A stretch of 64,000 nucleotides of DNA from Elusimicrobiota bacterium (GCA_016207665.1 JACQPG010000024.1:15900-79899), one strand, 5' to 3'. Positions 9,705-20,299 are shown, counted from the first letter of the stretch. Numbers and translations are program-made. Notes: generated by a model not told the origin, from the sequence alone.

Positions 9705-10866
9705 TTTCGGAAGCGGTAGGGTTGTTTGCGCTCATGCCCGCTTTAATGATCCGAAGAAAACTGTCGACTTGGGCCTGGAAATTGAGGTGTTGCTCCGCGT
9801 AGGCGCGAGCCTTAGCCCCGATTTCCCACATAACCTCTTTCTTGTCCACGAGATTGCGAATGACGCGGGCGGCCTCTTGGACAAAATCTTGTGGATTGAC
9901 CAGCACGGCCGCCCCTGGAACCATGAAGTTTCTCTGCGTGCCGCTCTTCCCGTCAACGCTTAACGCTATTCGGCCGCACGCCATGGCCTCTCGGACGATA
10001 CTTCCGCCTTGGGGATCCTCTTCGAGTAAGGGAACGATATCCATAGCATTGATGAATTGATTGACCTCCGACATTGGGACCCAGCCGGTGAGGATGGTGC
10101 GATCGGTCAATCCCCAATCCCGAATCAGTTTTTGTATGCCGTCAAACCATGGACCGCCGCCCACCAGGAGCAGCCGAAATCTATGGAAGCCGAGGTCCCG
10201 TAGTTCCTTGCATAGGGCTACGGTATTGCCGACTTGCATGTTTGTCGCGATCCGGCCGACCCAGCCGATGACGATTTCATCACTGAATATGCCCAGGCTA
10301 TTGCGGACGGCATCGCGTTTGGGCGTGTCGAACGGGAAGAACATCGTTGTATCAACACAGAGGCGAAGCTCGAAGAGCTTGGATTGAGACACCCCTTTGC
10401 GTTTTAATTCCTCGAATACGGCCTGCCAACCGAAATAGCCGTCGATCAGTTTGTCGATACATATCCATCTATAAAAGCGGTATAACGTTGGCTCAACCTG
10501 AATAAGGCTGCAGCCGATAAATCGGTAATGTCGTATTCTCAGGCGGCGAGCGACCAGGCCGCAAAGCAGGCTGCCGAGGCCACTGCCGGAAACAATGATA
10601 TCGAATCTATTACTGCGACAGTATGCCGTAAGGGCCCGAAGAATAGTGATCAGTTTCCAGGGGCGGAAGAGGTAGTCCTTCCCAGCGAGGTGGATCGGGA
10701 TCTGGTGGAGTTTTGCATGAGCGGCAATGGCATTCTGCATGCCGTCGCCATAAAGATAGATCATATGAACTTCATGATCCTTCGGCGGGATGCGCTTGAT
10801 AATATGATACGTTTGAGTTTGTTGCCCACCGAGATTCATCGACTCGTAATAGAATGCGATCCTCAT
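9697..10866 (-). CDS. GT4 glycosyltransferase
   Basis: LGGQQ N-terminal motif, GWVGRI, REAMACG. Confidence 0.85.
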   Translation of the reverse strand: MRIAFYYESMNLGGQQTQTYHIIKRIPPKDHEVHMIYLYGDGMQNAIAAHAKLHQIPIHLAGKDYLFRPWKLITILRALTAYCRSNRFDIIVSGSGLGSLLCGLVARRLRIRHYRFIGCSLIQVEPTLYRFYRWICIDKLIDGYFGWQAVFEELKRKGVSQSKLFELRLCVDTTMFFPFDTPKRDAVRNSLGIFSDEIVIGWVGRIATNMQVGNTVALCKELRDLGFHRFRLLLVGGGPWFDGIQKLIRDWGLTDRTILTGWVPMSEVNQFINAMDIVPLLEEDPQGGSIVREAMACGRIALSVDGKSGTQRNFMVPGAAVLVNPQDFVQEAARVIRNLVDKKEVMWEIGAKARAYAEQHLNFQAQVDSFLRIIKAGMSANNPTASESD

Positions 10867-11573
10867 GATCTCGTCACCCAGGAGGCAACCGTTTCCTCGC
10901 CCGCGAAGAAGAGGGCATCCAGGATGGACAGGCCGGGAACAAAGGTGGGCGCCCGAAGTTGGCGATAGCTCGGATGCTGGAAATTGTTGTATTCCAAAAT
11001 AATGCCTTGTTTGGCGAACAGGTGGTCTTCCTGATAGCCCTGCGCGCCGCTTCCGCAGCGATAGGTGTCCGCGCCGACTTTCTTGAGAAGGTCTATCAGC
11101 AGTTGAGTACTGCGTGTGTGGACGTCAAGAGTGGAACTGTAGATAATTTGGGTGTGGATGCCCAGCAGGCGCATGACACCTTCGATGAAGCGCATGTTCC
11201 TGCGCATAAGATTTTGATCTAAATCGGAGAAATAGGCTTCTGCGAAGTGAAAATAGCGGGAAAAAAATGGGGCGTTGGCATAGGCCATCCGAATGGTCTT
11301 AAGCGCGTTCATCTGGAGATCGGCGATCGCGGTGTTGATGGTCATATCCCTGATGGGAACCCCGATGACGCCGTGTTTGGTTGGCTTGTTGAGTGGGACT
11401 GATAACCAGGTTGCCCGGCCATTGACCAAAATACTTACGCGCCTGCCCCAAAACGCCGCATCTCTGGGATTGTTCTCGACATGGTCAAGCACGATCCAGC
11501 AGTCCGAATGGGCTATCTTGTCGAATAGGCCCAGCCACGGAAGAAAATCAGGTTGATGAATGGTGGCTTTCAC
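10863..11573 (-). CDS. WbqC family protein
   Basis: IHQPDFLPWLG, WLSVP, YANAPFF, HPSYRQ..FVPGLSILD. Confidence 0.9.
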   Translation of the reverse strand: MKATIHQPDFLPWLGLFDKIAHSDCWIVLDHVENNPRDAAFWGRRVSILVNGRATWLSVPLNKPTKHGVIGVPIRDMTINTAIADLQMNALKTIRMAYANAPFFSRYFHFAEAYFSDLDQNLMRRNMRFIEGVMRLLGIHTQIIYSSTLDVHTRSTQLLIDLLKKVGADTYRCGSGAQGYQEDHLFAKQGIILEYNNFQHPSYRQLRAPTFVPGLSILDALFFAGEETVASWVTRS

Positions 11574-12016
11574 AGGAGATTCACGGTCGTGTGGTAGACG
11601 GTAGCTGGGCTCACAGAAAAATACTTCTTGTATAGTTTTCCAGCGCGAACTTGATCGTCGGTTTTCACGATGACCTTCCGAATCGATTTATCTGATTTAG
11701 CTCGCCTGAGGAAAGCCCGTACCAGCTGTTTGCCATAACCCTGGCCCTGCCGCGAAGGGCAAATAATGACCTCCTCCAATTCGTATCCGAATCCGAGGTA
11801 ACGAGGCATGGCGAACCGATTACATGTCAGAATGCCTATCGGGAATTTCCCAGTATAGCCGACGAGCATTTCGAAGTTAGAATGGTCCATTAAGTGATTA
11901 GCCCGCACGTATCTCTCGAAATCCGATAACGAGTAGCGCGCTCGTCCCCGCAATTCCTTCAAGCATTGAAAGGCAAATTCCAGAGAGTCGTCCGAGAGCG
12001 CTTTGAGTTTAATCAT
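11570..12016 (-). CDS. GNAT N-acetyltransferase
   Basis: Acetyl-CoA motif RQGQGYG and a C-terminal LYKK. Confidence 0.75.
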   Translation of the reverse strand: MIKLKALSDDSLEFAFQCLKELRGRARYSLSDFERYVRANHLMDHSNFEMLVGYTGKFPIGILTCNRFAMPRYLGFGYELEEVIICPSRQGQGYGKQLVRAFLRRAKSDKSIRKVIVKTDDQVRAGKLYKKYFSVSPATVYHTTVNLL

Positions 12017-13047
12017 AATCTCTCTATGGCGGATTTGATCTTCGCCATATCGGCATGGCTCAATGCTGGATGGAGAGGGATGGAAAAAGTTGTTTCGACC
12101 AATTGACGGGCCTTCGGGTACTTGGGTATCTGGTTCTGCGGACAGACAAAAATGAGTTCGCTGCAGCCTGGAACCCCGGCCGTTAAAAGTTTATGCGTCC
12201 ACCGCTTCTTTTGTTTCGCATCTTCAGCGAAGACCAGTAGGCGGGAGGGGACTTCGTTGCGCCGCATTTCCAAGTGCTTTATCCCTCGCTTGAAAAGGAC
12301 CTCGCTCAATGCATGAAAAGAAGCGTTCATCGCCTGAGCGATTTCACCCAAATGTGACAATGTGCCAAGCGCGAATGCCGCGCTGATGTTATTCATTCTC
12401 AGGTTGTATCTTGGCGAATCTGAGGCCTTCCGCTGATCGGAGTATGAGCACAGATCCTTGGCGCGCGCATAAAAGGTCGCATCGTTAGTCAAGATCGCGC
12501 CGCCATCTATGCCATTGATCAGTTTGGTGGGAAAAAATGAAAGCACTATTATGTCCGCCGCGGTCTTTAAATGAGATCGGCTTATAAACGATTGTGCGGC
12601 ATCCTCGATCAAAAGGCCATCGCGGGATTTCCATTTCACGCAAGCGGGCGCGATGGCTCCAAAATGATCCGGCACCACCGCGATTCGAGAACGTCCTCCG
12701 CGAGTTGGTCTTGCAAGGCTTGCGGAGGCCATATCCATGTCATCGTAGCAAGTGCTATGTCCGGCTGCTTTTATCGCATTTGTAATCGCGAAGCAGGTGC
12801 TTGCGGGAGATGTTAGCACGTTCCACTTCCACGGATGCTGCGTGGCGCTCTTAAGCGCGACAAACAGAGCTGAGAAGCCGTTGGCCGTAAGAACAACATG
12901 CTGCTTGCTAAAAAGACGTGACAATTGTCTCTTAAGAAGCTGAAGGTGCGGGCCGATCGCCAGGTGTCCAAACCTGATTGCCTCAGTAACATTGTCCAGT
13001 TGCTCGTCAAACAAGGGGATCTTAATTCGCGCTATCAGGTCACTCAT
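12013..13047 (-). CDS. divergent DegT/DnrJ/EryC1/StrS aminotransferase
   Basis: IEDAAQS, SFFPTKLI (PLP Lys), GGAI, SIPLHP. Confidence 0.75.
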   Translation of the reverse strand: MSDLIARIKIPLFDEQLDNVTEAIRFGHLAIGPHLQLLKRQLSRLFSKQHVVLTANGFSALFVALKSATQHPWKWNVLTSPASTCFAITNAIKAAGHSTCYDDMDMASASLARPTRGGRSRIAVVPDHFGAIAPACVKWKSRDGLLIEDAAQSFISRSHLKTAADIIVLSFFPTKLINGIDGGAILTNDATFYARAKDLCSYSDQRKASDSPRYNLRMNNISAAFALGTLSHLGEIAQAMNASFHALSEVLFKRGIKHLEMRRNEVPSRLLVFAEDAKQKKRWTHKLLTAGVPGCSELIFVCPQNQIPKYPKARQLVETTFSIPLHPALSHADMAKIKSAIERL

Positions 13048-13774
13048 AAAAGTGCCTGTCGAAATATGTGTCGGAGTGGATCAGGAGATAGATCAGCGGC
13101 CGGCCCTCGGCGGCGTGTTCTCCAAAGGATTTCTGGTTCCCCGCGACCAGTTGTCCGCGGTCGTAGCATTTCCAGCGTGTCCACTCTGAGTCGCTTATAT
13201 AGAACGCCTCCTGGAAGAGATTGAACTCCGGTTGCTTGTCGTAGGCCTCGTATAGTAAGCCGAAATCAGCAGGCTTTCTGTCGTTCCAGAAGTCCAAGTT
13301 GTTGAGTCCGGTCATCCCGCCATGGCTGGCAACGCCTTGGATTCGGATGCCGAACGCGCGGTTCATGACATCTATATCCCTTCGCAGGCAGTTCTCCGCC
13401 GCTTCGCTCCAAATGGCCGACTCGTCGACTATCTCCGAATGATAACCGAGCTCATGGCCCGAGGAGATTAGGGTTTTGATGATGCGATAGTTCTCAAAGG
13501 AGAATGGATTGTATTCTGGGGCGTGAAGACGGAGATAAAACGAGGCTCGGATTTTCAGCCGATCAAAGATGGCGCCAAGGCGATCGGCCTTCTTGACCGA
13601 CATATCCATATCGACGCGATTTACCACCAACTTCGTTGTCTTTCCAGCGCGCTTGCGCGTCACATACTCAGCGCAGGTGCAAAACTCGTAACCGAGATCA
13701 AGGGCCGTTCGGTATTCGCGCTCAATCGCTTCGAACGTGAAACGGAAGGTTGTCTTAATTGCCTTTTCGTCCAT
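13040..13774 (-). CDS. polysaccharide deacetylase-like protein
   Basis: RVDMD, ASFY, GHELGYH, ASH and LLIH motifs of a NodB-like fold. Confidence 0.65.
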   Translation of the reverse strand: MDEKAIKTTFRFTFEAIEREYRTALDLGYEFCTCAEYVTRKRAGKTTKLVVNRVDMDMSVKKADRLGAIFDRLKIRASFYLRLHAPEYNPFSFENYRIIKTLISSGHELGYHSEIVDESAIWSEAAENCLRRDIDVMNRAFGIRIQGVASHGGMTGLNNLDFWNDRKPADFGLLYEAYDKQPEFNLFQEAFYISDSEWTRWKCYDRGQLVAGNQKSFGEHAAEGRPLIYLLIHSDTYFDRHFYE

Positions 13775-13782
13775 AAGCTACC

Positions 13783-14892
13783 TCATTTGCGTGAACTGGA
13801 GTTCAGCAGGCGCTCTAATTCGACGACTATCCTTCCGCCGGCCTTGCCGTCCCATTTTTCCGGGATGGCGCCCTTCTTCCAACTACCCGAATAGAGACGA
13901 TCGAGCGCCGGCTTGAGGCGGGAGGGGTCGGTTCCAAGTAGCTCGTTTGTCCCGATGGTGACCGTCTCGGGGCGCTCTGTCGAGTCCCGGAGCGTCATGC
14001 AGGGAACGCCCATGACCGTAGTTTCTTCGGTTATGCCACCGGAATCCGTGATAACGGCCTTAGAGTATTTAGCCAGGTAATTGAATTCTAAATAGGGCTG
14101 GGGCTCGACGACCTTCAAGCTGCTCGGCAAATCTTTCAGTGTGCGAAGCGTTATTGCCGTGCGTGGATGTACGGGGAAGATCACAGGAAGATCGCGGCAG
14201 CCTTCGGCGACTGCCAGTAGCATCGTCCGCAATCGCGCGGCGTCGTCGACGTTGGTGGGACGGTGCAATGTTAGGATGAAATAATTGCCGGCCTTCAATC
14301 CCAGTTCCTTCCAGAATGCCGGTGGCCGCAGGCGTTCCATGTTTGCAAGGAGGGTGTCGATCATCGTGTTGCCGACAAAAAAGATCCGATCGGCAGCTAC
14401 CCCGGAGCGACATAAATTCCGGTTGGCGTTCTCGCTCGTAGTAAAGAAATAGTTCGTGATGGAATCCGTCACTATCCGGTTGATCTCCTCTGGCATACTC
14501 CAGTCATCGGACCGTATGCCAGCTTCCACGTGCGCTACAGGCACGTGAAGCTTTTGCGCCGTGATGGAACAGGCGAGGGTCGAGGTGACGTCTCCCACAA
14601 CGAGACACAGCTCGCTTTTGCGGCTCAAGAGAAGTCGCTCGTAGCGAGTCATGATGCGAGCGGTTTGTTCTGCCTGGCTGCCGGAACCTGCATCCAGGTT
14701 GACGTCCGGATCAGGTATGCCTAGTTGGGCAAAAAATCTAGCGGACATCTCTTCGTGGTAATGTTGACCGGTATGGACGAGTCTGTAATCCAATCGTCCC
14801 CCATTGCGCTTGCGCGAACTTATCGCCCCGATGATGGAGGCAATTTTCATGAAATTGGGTCGGGCTCCGGCAATGAGATCGATTACCGGCAT
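13783..14892 (-). CDS. wecB: non-hydrolysing UDP-GlcNAc(-type) 2-epimerase (WecB/WbpI family)
   Basis: GARPNFMK, HTGQH, HVEAGIRS, MPEEINR, TDSGGITEE, TERPET. Confidence 0.92.
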   Translation of the reverse strand: MPVIDLIAGARPNFMKIASIIGAISSRKRNGGRLDYRLVHTGQHYHEEMSARFFAQLGIPDPDVNLDAGSGSQAEQTARIMTRYERLLLSRKSELCLVVGDVTSTLACSITAQKLHVPVAHVEAGIRSDDWSMPEEINRIVTDSITNYFFTTSENANRNLCRSGVAADRIFFVGNTMIDTLLANMERLRPPAFWKELGLKAGNYFILTLHRPTNVDDAARLRTMLLAVAEGCRDLPVIFPVHPRTAITLRTLKDLPSSLKVVEPQPYLEFNYLAKYSKAVITDSGGITEETTVMGVPCMTLRDSTERPETVTIGTNELLGTDPSRLKPALDRLYSGSWKKGAIPEKWDGKAGGRIVVELERLLNSSSRK

Positions 14893-15650
14893 AGTCCGGT
14901 CTCTCTCAGTTCTCGGTCGTCCGGGAAATTCACAAGCACGCCCATTCCTTTCTTTTGAAAAACAACCATGCTCCCCAAGGCGACTGCGGATGCGCCGGCC
15001 CGCTGGACCACATCCGCTATATGGCCGACCGCGCCTGCGCCCCCATGGGCGATTACGGGGATGCTGACGGCGTTCGTCACGCTATTGATGAGTTCCAGGT
15101 CGAAGCCATCCCAGGTGCCTTCTCGATCGATGGACGTCAAAAGGATTTCGCCGGCGCCTAGTGACTCAAGTTCTTGCGCCCATTCGACCGGTTCGCGCCT
15201 GGCATCCTTGGTACCTGAGCGCGTCATGACTCGGTAACTCCCCCAGAAATCTTTCTTGACGTCAATTGAAGCGATGACCGCCTGGCTGCCGTATTGCGCG
15301 GCCAACTCACCGATGAACCGAGGGTTTTCCATGGCGTAGGAATTGAGTGCTATCTTCTCAAACCCTATATCAAACACCGCTTTTGCATCAGCCAGGCTGG
15401 CTATCCCTCCGCCGTAACCCAACGGCATGAAGCATTCATTGGCAATTTCGGCCAGGACTCTCAAGTTCGGTGTGCGTCTTTCCAACGTAGCCGTAATATC
15501 AAGAAAGAGTAACTCGTCTACCTCCAGTTCATTGAAAATGCGCACAGTATTGCACGGGTCTCCCACATAAGTGAATCGATCGAAGCGCAGCGTCTTGACC
15601 AGGCTTTCGTTTCGCAGTAAGAGGACCGGAATGATTCGAGTGCGTAACAT
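14883..15650 (-). CDS. HisF-like cyclase subunit of an LPS amidotransferase complex (WbuZ/HisF2)
   Basis: RIIPVLL, VDEL, CFMPLGYGGG, GEILLTSIDREGT, GVLVNFP tail; next to wbuX/hisH-like genes. Confidence 0.88.
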   Translation of the reverse strand: MLRTRIIPVLLLRNESLVKTLRFDRFTYVGDPCNTVRIFNELEVDELLFLDITATLERRTPNLRVLAEIANECFMPLGYGGGIASLADAKAVFDIGFEKIALNSYAMENPRFIGELAAQYGSQAVIASIDVKKDFWGSYRVMTRSGTKDARREPVEWAQELESLGAGEILLTSIDREGTWDGFDLELINSVTNAVSIPVIAHGGAGAVGHIADVVQRAGASAVALGSMVVFQKKGMGVLVNFPDDRELRETGLCR

Positions 15651-16279
15651 TAGAGTCGAGCGAAATTCATCAGAAGTCGCATCCCGAACTTATGGCTCTT
15701 CTCGGGATGGAATTGCGCGCCGAAGATGTTGCCGCGCTGGATCGCGGCGTCGAAGCGGATTCCATAGTCCGTTTTGAGTATGGAATCTTCTTCACTATCG
15801 ACGCGCACATAATATGAGTGTACAAAATAGAATCGAGACTCATCGGGGAGGTCCTTTGTCAGGGGACTGTCTCGAGTGGGGATAACCCTATTCCATCCCA
15901 TGTGGGGAACTTTCGTTCCGGGTTGCGCGGGAAAGCGGATTGTCGAAGCGGGAACCCAAGCTAATCCTGACAGTTTGCCTTCATCGCTGGACCGGGTCAT
16001 AATCTGCATGCCCAGGCAGATTCCGAGAATTGGGATGCGTTCTTTTAAGGCTTTATGGTCAAGGATTCGGCGGAATCCCCGACTATCGATTCTTGCCATG
16101 GCGTTATCGAAAGAGCCGACACCTGGCAATAGCAGCTTGCGTGCTTTCGAGATGTCCTCCAAATCATTGGTAACGATGGACGATACTCCAATACGTTTGA
16201 GCATGTTTTGGATGGAGCCCAGATTGCCAATGCCGTAGTTGACGACGGTGATCATGCTCATGCCTTGGCTGGGAAACAA
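15650..16279 (-). CDS. HisH-like glutaminase subunit (WbuY/HisH2)
   Basis: GNLGS, LPGVG, GICLGMQ, PHMGWN, YFVHSY, QFHPEKS. Confidence 0.9.
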   Translation of the reverse strand: MFPSQGMSMITVVNYGIGNLGSIQNMLKRIGVSSIVTNDLEDISKARKLLLPGVGSFDNAMARIDSRGFRRILDHKALKERIPILGICLGMQIMTRSSDEGKLSGLAWVPASTIRFPAQPGTKVPHMGWNRVIPTRDSPLTKDLPDESRFYFVHSYYVRVDSEEDSILKTDYGIRFDAAIQRGNIFGAQFHPEKSHKFGMRLLMNFARL

Positions 16280-17427
16280 TATTTGAGATAAAAACTCATG
16301 GGCACCAAGTTGTAGTTAGCCAACATAGCGAATAACGGACGCAGACGCTCGAAGCGCTTCTTATACGTGGGAAATTCCGTCCATGATCTCGGCGGTTGCC
16401 GCATGATATGTTCATATTCTGCATCCGAAAGATCCAATCGTTTCTTGAAGTAAGTCACGAGCTCGGGTTCAATCTTTGGAGGAGTGTTGTACTCGGCCCA
16501 GGCAGCTTCGCGTGTCATTCTCCCCATTCTTGCCAATGCGGACAGGGTATTGTTCCTTAGGTCCGAGCCAAATTTTTGCGGCAGATAAATCCCATGGCAA
16601 AAGGCCGTCATTCTATTTTCTAAATGATGGCCGCCATAGTATTGCCAGCCAAAATTCCTTTCCAAGAATTCCCGGGCGGCCTCCTTGCTATAATCGAGAT
16701 ACCAGAATGGTCGAACTTTTTTTATCCTGGCGATGCTTGTCCACCACATGAATCGGCTGAAGGTCATCAGCGGATAGGTTTTCATGGGGCGACGGCCATG
16801 CTTCTGATGAATTGACTGGATGTATTTCCCGTCGAAGTAATTTCTGCCGAAGGGCGTGATGCCTTCTGTGACGAACGAATGACCCTCTAGTATGAATTTG
16901 ACGCCGTTTGTCCAGGCCGCGCGATACATGACCTCCGCCAGCGCCAAATCAGTCGCCGCCTCGATTTCGGGAACTCCTGATAAGAAAAAAGATCGGAAGA
17001 TGTCATCGGACTCTTTATTATCGACGACGTGGGTATAGAGATCGACATTCATGGCGCCAAGCACCTTGCGGATATTTTCCGTGGCGATCGCCGAATTCCA
17101 GGTATTGTCGTAATGGACAGCTAATGGCCGTAAACCCCATCGCCTTGCCAGGCACAACAGGTAAGATGAGTCAGTTCCGCCGCTGACTCCGATCACGCAG
17201 TCGTATCGTTTCCCTTTCCCGTCGGCCTTGATTTCTGAAACGATTCGTTGAAAGGTGGATTTGCCGATTTCGGTACCTGTCCCGTATTGTTGTTTGAGGC
17301 GATCCGTCTGATGGCAATAGTTGCAAACGCCCGATTGATCGAAGGTTATGGCGTCGACGCGTGCGTCATAAATGCAGCGGCTGCATACCTGGAGGGTCGC
17401 CTTATGCAGATCAGGGTCTAGCAGCAT
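16258..17427 (-). CDS. N-acetyl sugar amidotransferase (WbuX/WbpG family)
   Basis: CSRC...CNYC, YDCVIGVSGGTDSS, HYDNTWN, YGGHHLE. Confidence 0.9.
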   Translation of the reverse strand: MLLDPDLHKATLQVCSRCIYDARVDAITFDQSGVCNYCHQTDRLKQQYGTGTEIGKSTFQRIVSEIKADGKGKRYDCVIGVSGGTDSSYLLCLARRWGLRPLAVHYDNTWNSAIATENIRKVLGAMNVDLYTHVVDNKESDDIFRSFFLSGVPEIEAATDLALAEVMYRAAWTNGVKFILEGHSFVTEGITPFGRNYFDGKYIQSIHQKHGRRPMKTYPLMTFSRFMWWTSIARIKKVRPFWYLDYSKEAAREFLERNFGWQYYGGHHLENRMTAFCHGIYLPQKFGSDLRNNTLSALARMGRMTREAAWAEYNTPPKIEPELVTYFKKRLDLSDAEYEHIMRQPPRSWTEFPTYKKRFERLRPLFAMLANYNLVPMSFYLKYCFPAKA

Positions 17428-18400
17428 CTTCCTTCTTACCCAGGCTTGCTGAAAATGCGTTGTTATTGCCGGGCTTGTTCCGTTCGCGCCACCAGATAGA
17501 AGCGGGCATATCTATTCCGTTCATCCCAATATGGGTGATCTCCAAAACCGATTCGTTTCCGCATCCAACGAATATCTGGCCATCCATCGTTTTAATTTGT
17601 CCGCAAGGCGGAAACGGGAAATGTTTATGCGGAACGAGCTGGGACGACCAAATTGTAACCTTATCGGCTTGGTGGAACGTGAAGGCGCCAGGGTATGGCT
17701 TGGTCTGGGCGCGAATGAAATTGTAGATCTGGCAGGCGGGGCGCGACCAGTCGATGATTCCATCCTCTGGGCCGCGCTGTGGAAACAACCGCCGTCGACT
17801 TTCGTCTTGGGGTGTTAGCTGCGCAGAGCCGTTGGCCAGACGGGGTAATTGTTTTACGAGAAGCTCGATCCCTAGCGATTCTATTCGTTGGTAAAGGGTG
17901 GCGATGGTATCCTCTGGGAGGATATCTGCCGCCAGTTGTCCTACAACCGGCCCGCTGTCCACGCCATCAGCCAGCTGAAATAGAGTGATGCCTGTCTTGG
18001 TTTCGCCGTTGATCATAGCCCATACAAGCGGCGCCCCGCCACTGTAATCAGGAAGCAATGAGGAGTGGAGCCCATAGGCGGGCGCCATTTCCCGCCAGGG
18101 TCGTGGGACCATGTGGTACCACCCGGCTACGAGGAACATATCTGGCGCCCAGGAGCGAACGCGGTCCATCAGGTCTGGATCCTTCATGTTCCGACGGATT
18201 ATGGCGCATTCTATGTTATGCGAGTCGCAGTAGCTCTTGACGTCGGCAAATAGGACATTCGTGACGCCTTGCGGCCGATATGAGATTGAAAAATGGCGTG
18301 GGGCGGTGACGGCCCCCACGATTTCGCAGCAGGGCAAAGTAGTAATTGTTTCCAGGCAGCGCATTCCAAACGTGCTCGCGCCTATAAATACGATTCTCAT
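17411..18400 (-). CDS. sugar N-formyltransferase (Fmt-like)
   Basis: MRIVFIG, HSSLLPDYSGGAP, DSGP, RAQTKPYPGAF; ATG 18400 overlaps the asnB stop. Confidence 0.85.
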   Translation of the reverse strand: MRIVFIGASTFGMRCLETITTLPCCEIVGAVTAPRHFSISYRPQGVTNVLFADVKSYCDSHNIECAIIRRNMKDPDLMDRVRSWAPDMFLVAGWYHMVPRPWREMAPAYGLHSSLLPDYSGGAPLVWAMINGETKTGITLFQLADGVDSGPVVGQLAADILPEDTIATLYQRIESLGIELLVKQLPRLANGSAQLTPQDESRRRLFPQRGPEDGIIDWSRPACQIYNFIRAQTKPYPGAFTFHQADKVTIWSSQLVPHKHFPFPPCGQIKTMDGQIFVGCGNESVLEITHIGMNGIDMPASIWWRERNKPGNNNAFSASLGKKEDAARP

Positions 18401-20292
18401 GCGTGGATGCTTCCCGGCCTGATTTCCGTTAGCCACTGTTCCACATTGAGTAGTGACCATATCAGCAGCCGTCTATTCTGCGTACCGCTCAAGTGTTCCT
18501 TTACGAGTTGTTCGACGACCGCACTGTCCATGAACTCGTAGATATTTGCCTTGCGATTAAGCAGGGTGCGTTTGACGAATTCAATGCTTTCGCCTTTGAA
18601 CCAGCTCGCATCCGGGGCGGAAAAGCCTTGCTTGACGGTGCATGTTGTATCATCGGGAATGTAGCGCTTCATGACCTCGCGCAGGATTCGTTTGCCATCG
18701 CCGGTTTGTTGGAAAAAATCGCCCTGTTTATTGCCTGCGTCGTTTTCATTGATGCGAATCACATCGGTCAGGTTGCGGAGTTTGAGATGCACTGGACAGC
18801 GCATGGCAAAGTCGACCAGGTCATTATCCAAAAACGGCACCCGGGTTTCCAATCCGTGGGCCATGCTGAGCTTATCTTCAACCACGAGCAGGCCATGAAG
18901 GAACGTCTTTGCTTCGAAATAAAGCGAGTGGTTGATATAGTCCTCGGGGCCATCAATATGTCCCTTATAATTCTGGAAGACATCGCGAAAGATATCTCGC
19001 GTCCAGACCTGTTCCACGTCAGCCGCTATGGGAGCGAACAGCAGTTTTAGATGACGATTGTCCACCAACCGTTGCCAGAACAGATAGTACTTATCGATGT
19101 ACTGCTCGAAATTATCGTTGACCACTGCCCTATAGTAGCGCCAAGGGTAACCGCCGAAAAGTTCGTCGCCGCCTGCGCCGCTAAGAACCACCTTGACGAA
19201 TTTGCCCGCGAGTTGGGCGGCATAGTAGTTGGGATAACTTTGCCCCACGCGGGGTTCTTCCAGATGCCATGCCAGTTTTGGCAACACTCGCTCCATATCG
19301 CCTGCTTTTAGGACCATTTCGTAATGCTCGGTCTTGAAATGATAAGAGAGGGCTTCGGCCTTTCTCCGTTCATCGAAGGCCAGCTCTATTCCGGAGGCAG
19401 AGCTTAAGTCAAACCCGCAGGTGAAGGTCTTGAGATACGGGAAAGACTTGGCGGCGATGGCCGTGATCGATCCGGAGTCCATTCCGCCGCTCAGATAACT
19501 CCCTAGTTCGACGTCCGTGATTAGTTGGCGATTGACTGCCTGTTGGAAGAGGCGGTTGAGTTCCTCACGATATTCTTCATCGTCGGCTCGCTCGGAGGGC
19601 TCTTGAAAGCGGTAATCCCAGTATTGGATGCGGCGCAGTGTGGGATCCGCATGCTTGAGATCGAGCGTGGCGTAGTTTCCTGGGGGAAGCAGCTGGATGT
19701 TCTCCAGCAAGGTCCGATCGGTAAAGATGTTCTGAAACGTGAAGTATTCAAGTAGCGCGGGCTTATCCATCCGTCGTATGAAGCCCGGGATGGCCAGGAT
19801 AGCCTTCTGTTCGGAGGCGAAGGCAAATGTGTTCCCTTGGCGGCTGACATAGAGAGGCTTTATGCCGTAACGGTCTCGGGCCAGGAGCAATGTTCTATCC
19901 TTGCGGTCCCAAAGCGCCAAAGCGAACATGCCGTTGAATTTGTCGAGCGCCTTTATTCCCCATTCCGCGAGTGCATTTAGGACGACCTCGCTGTCGGTCT
20001 TAGACCGGAACCAGTAGCCCTTGGCTTCCAGCTCGCTGCGTAATTCGCGGAAGTTATAGACCTCGCCGTTAAAACTAATGAAATAGCGATGATCGGCGCT
20101 GGCCATGGGCTGGTGCCCAGCGGGTGAGAGATCGATGATAGCCAGGCGGCGGTGGCCGATGCCGACGTTGCCTTCGATCCAATGCCCCTCTCCATCCGGT
20201 CCGCGATGGGCGATGACGTCGGTCATGCGCTGCAGAGTCTTTGGGGAGATCGGCGCGCTATCGAGGTTGATGAGACCGGCTATTCCGCACAT
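18397..20292 (-). CDS. asnB: AsnB-family glutamine-dependent amidotransferase (WbpS-like sugar amidase)
   Basis: MCGIAG, HRGPD, HRRLAIID, LSGGMDS, GGDELFGGY, KQGF. Confidence 0.92.
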   Translation of the reverse strand: MCGIAGLINLDSAPISPKTLQRMTDVIAHRGPDGEGHWIEGNVGIGHRRLAIIDLSPAGHQPMASADHRYFISFNGEVYNFRELRSELEAKGYWFRSKTDSEVVLNALAEWGIKALDKFNGMFALALWDRKDRTLLLARDRYGIKPLYVSRQGNTFAFASEQKAILAIPGFIRRMDKPALLEYFTFQNIFTDRTLLENIQLLPPGNYATLDLKHADPTLRRIQYWDYRFQEPSERADDEEYREELNRLFQQAVNRQLITDVELGSYLSGGMDSGSITAIAAKSFPYLKTFTCGFDLSSASGIELAFDERRKAEALSYHFKTEHYEMVLKAGDMERVLPKLAWHLEEPRVGQSYPNYYAAQLAGKFVKVVLSGAGGDELFGGYPWRYYRAVVNDNFEQYIDKYYLFWQRLVDNRHLKLLFAPIAADVEQVWTRDIFRDVFQNYKGHIDGPEDYINHSLYFEAKTFLHGLLVVEDKLSMAHGLETRVPFLDNDLVDFAMRCPVHLKLRNLTDVIRINENDAGNKQGDFFQQTGDGKRILREVMKRYIPDDTTCTVKQGFSAPDASWFKGESIEFVKRTLLNRKANIYEFMDSAVVEQLVKEHLSGTQNRRLLIWSLLNVEQWLTEIRPGSIHA

Positions 20293-20299
20293 GACCGGG

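Noticed and set aside
14883-16279. hisF/hisH as histidine biosynthesis genes
   Set aside because: They are coupled to a WbuX-type amidotransferase inside a glycan locus with no other his genes, which fits the LPS-modifying paralogues
17411-20292. fmt and asnB as housekeeping translation and asparagine genes
   Set aside because: Operon context points to sugar formylation and amidation; there is no adjacent def gene
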